Assembly: GCA_000934665.2 (NCBI GenBank)
Contig: JYFJ02000540.1
Location: 1-64,000 of the forward strand
Reading direction: 5' to 3'
DNA length: 64,000 nt
Source of the DNA: Catajapyx aquilonaris
Lineage: Eukaryota
Of the stretch, positions 61,701-64,000 are shown one piece after another. The number at the start of each line of letters is the position of its first letter. Positions within the stretch are counted from its first letter, which is position 1. A program made the translations under genes and the position numbers. Below the pieces are notes generated by a model. It was not told the origin of the DNA. It saw nothing but the letters and a program-made list of their open reading frames with translations, and searched no databases.

Positions 61701-64000
61701 GCATAAGCACCACGGGAAATTTCAAAATATCTCCAGGCTACTCCTTAATATTCAAGAAAACCATACCTCATTAAACATAAGCTAAGTAATTGAAAGAGAA
61801 AGATACCCTTGATTATGCGAACCACCTGATTACATTTCTCCTGGAAACAACAGGTGTCCCTTGCAAGTTGGTCAACAAATGCAGAATTGAATTTTGCACA
61901 TGTCAGTTCTAATTTACACCGCACCGGAGCACAAAGGTGGTAAAATTGGGCCAGAAACATTCCGCCTCAACTAAAACAGAAGCAAAAAAGAGCATTCTTG
62001 AAAGGTGAATAATTATTTCATCGGAACGTAGGTAACATGTCAATTTTTGCAAATTTCTTCTTACTTTTCAAAATTAGTGTTTGCAATTATTGGCGTATTC
62101 ACTCGTTTGCATTATCTCTCCTGGGCAAGGTGTTAACATTTCAGGGGTCTGGTGTCCTTTTTGACCTAAACACCTAGCAACTATGCCAAAAGACATGACA
62201 AACAGTTTAGTATACTCCCAGTCCAGGTATCGTGCACGAGAGAGCCACATGGACTAGATCAAAACCAGCTTTCCCTTTAATTTGTGAAGAGAGTGCAAAC
62301 TTCAATTCGCTCTCCGGAAAAATAACACTTTTGTGGGTTATCATGTTTTTCCACCACACCCTTCATATTTTCTGTCTGTAATATGAAACGTGAGGAACTA
62401 AGGGGAAAGTTACACTGAAAATGTGCCTCATGCTCCCCCCCCTCAAAAAAATTTCACAAGCCTTTTAAGCCGACCCAAGCTCCGTCCATTTTTCGTATTA
62501 AAAAATCGCCACAACACAGCGACAGTGACCAAACAGAAAAAAAATGAACAGGCTGAGCTTGGCAGTGAGTGTTGGTGGCGACCCCCCTGCGAAAATGATA
62601 ACAATCCTTTCCTCCTGCAGTATAATCCTTCCTGAGCGCACCGGCGGCGATAAGGCGAACTATAGCTACTCTTCTCTGTCAGCATCAGGCCTAAAATGTG
62701 AAGCCGGTTCGTGTGTGTTTTTGGGGGAAGTAGCCCACAGGATCAGCAGAGCAGCAGAGACGACGGATGAATATCCCAGGACACAAGCAGCAGCCGGCTG
62801 CAGCTCTGATAAGAGCGGAGTGAATGCCACGCTTTCCACGATTAATCCGACTGCATTGTTGCATGTGGAGGACTCTCTCTCTCACTCTTTGCAGCTGGGT
62901 TTGGGTCAAGGAATGTTCCAGGTTCATATCTGGAGGGGAAAACCCCGTTTTCTGAACTTTGTCGTTCACTATGCTAATATCCACTTTATTGGAGTACTAA
63001 TCGATGGGGAGGCCATACTGTAGTTAACCGCAGTGTAATGCGATCATTAAAGGAAGGAGAAAGAGAAGAAAAAAAATATGATAAGCGGTTACTGCCTGGG
63101 GCAGATGTTTTTGTTAATAGCTGAGGCGTTAGGGTGGAGAATATTGCGATCATTGCAACGATCGTTACGAATGTGGAAAAGCAACTAGTAGCAGAAAGTG
63201 TGCAGTGTTCAGATAGCGACGAATTTAGGACCGGTTGTATGAAAATAAACGAGGTAAGATCTATTAATTATTCACAACACATAATCCGACATAATTGGAG
63301 ATTTTATGCAATTTGCGTTTATACAACCGGTATTTTGACGTTATTCATTGCCTGCGTTTATAATTCTTGAAAAAAAAAATCAACCGGTTCACATTTTAGG
63401 AAATATCATAACAATTAATCTGTTTCTCTTAAATGGGGTTGCTGGAATGACTATTCTATCGCCTTCATTGTACACTATTATACAGCTAATAATGTACCTC
63501 TCGACCACTTTCAAATTTGAATAGTTTTTAGGTACTTGTTCGTTCCAAATGAATGTACCTGTGCAATAACAGTATAAGTCAACATTCAAAAGCCTCTCAA
63601 CGTAACCTGTTTTTTTTGTAATAGACGTTTTAAATTATGCAGAAGTGTCCTTCAGTAAAAAGGTCAACATCCATGGTAACCAACACCAAATACAGCAGCT
63701 TCCGGCTGTGTTTAATTTATTTTTGGTCCAAAATAGTTTGTGCACCATGTCATGAACGGTGCATATAAATAAGCCAGACAAACGTGATGTAGTACACGGA
63801 CTTTTTGACCTTTTGTGTGTCAGTCCCGAGCAGTCATTTACCCGGAAAGTGAGAGAACTCAACTATGATTAAATATTGTATTCTTTAGTAGCCACGTTCA
63901 CAAAGGAGCAATCGAAAGTTTGACTGATTCTCACTAGATATTTTTGAATCAACTCATGATTCAAGTGATTTCGACTCATTTTCTGTTAAAAATCGTTCAC

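Overview
Eukaryotic, most likely arthropod/insect, genomic DNA with GT-AG introns, Pol III tRNA genes and TTAGG-like repeats. The main gene is the 3' half of a Dscam-family cell-adhesion receptor on the minus strand. I could chain 16 phase-compatible coding exons from 57233 down to 33655 (Ig7, Ig8, Ig9, FNIII1-4, Ig10, FNIII5-6, TM, cytoplasmic tail with YEICPYATF and ELSEAECDRD motifs), plus a likely short terminal exon at 33524-33545. The Ig1-6 exons lie beyond the right edge of the window, and no array of alternative Ig7 or TM exons is visible. There are two tRNA-Val(AAC) genes and four tRNA-His(GTG) genes, three of the His genes inside a Dscam intron. The most unusual structure is the His genes. 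Each sits in a near-identical ~190-bp cassette with an upstream hairpin whose between-copy differences preserve the fold, a genome-encoded G-1, a leader complementary to the trailer, and a 35-nt trailer carrying a second 'decoy' copy of the acceptor 3' strand. Together these suggest a structured or switchable pre-tRNA. Dscam introns also hold a nested transposon stack (a 1.5-kb hAT-like foldback with an 8-bp TSD, interrupted by a (TAA)n-tailed retroelement end), two palindromic MITEs and a CTCF-like motif cluster. Positions 1-33 kb show no convincing protein-coding exon. All calls were made by eye, with no database searches.
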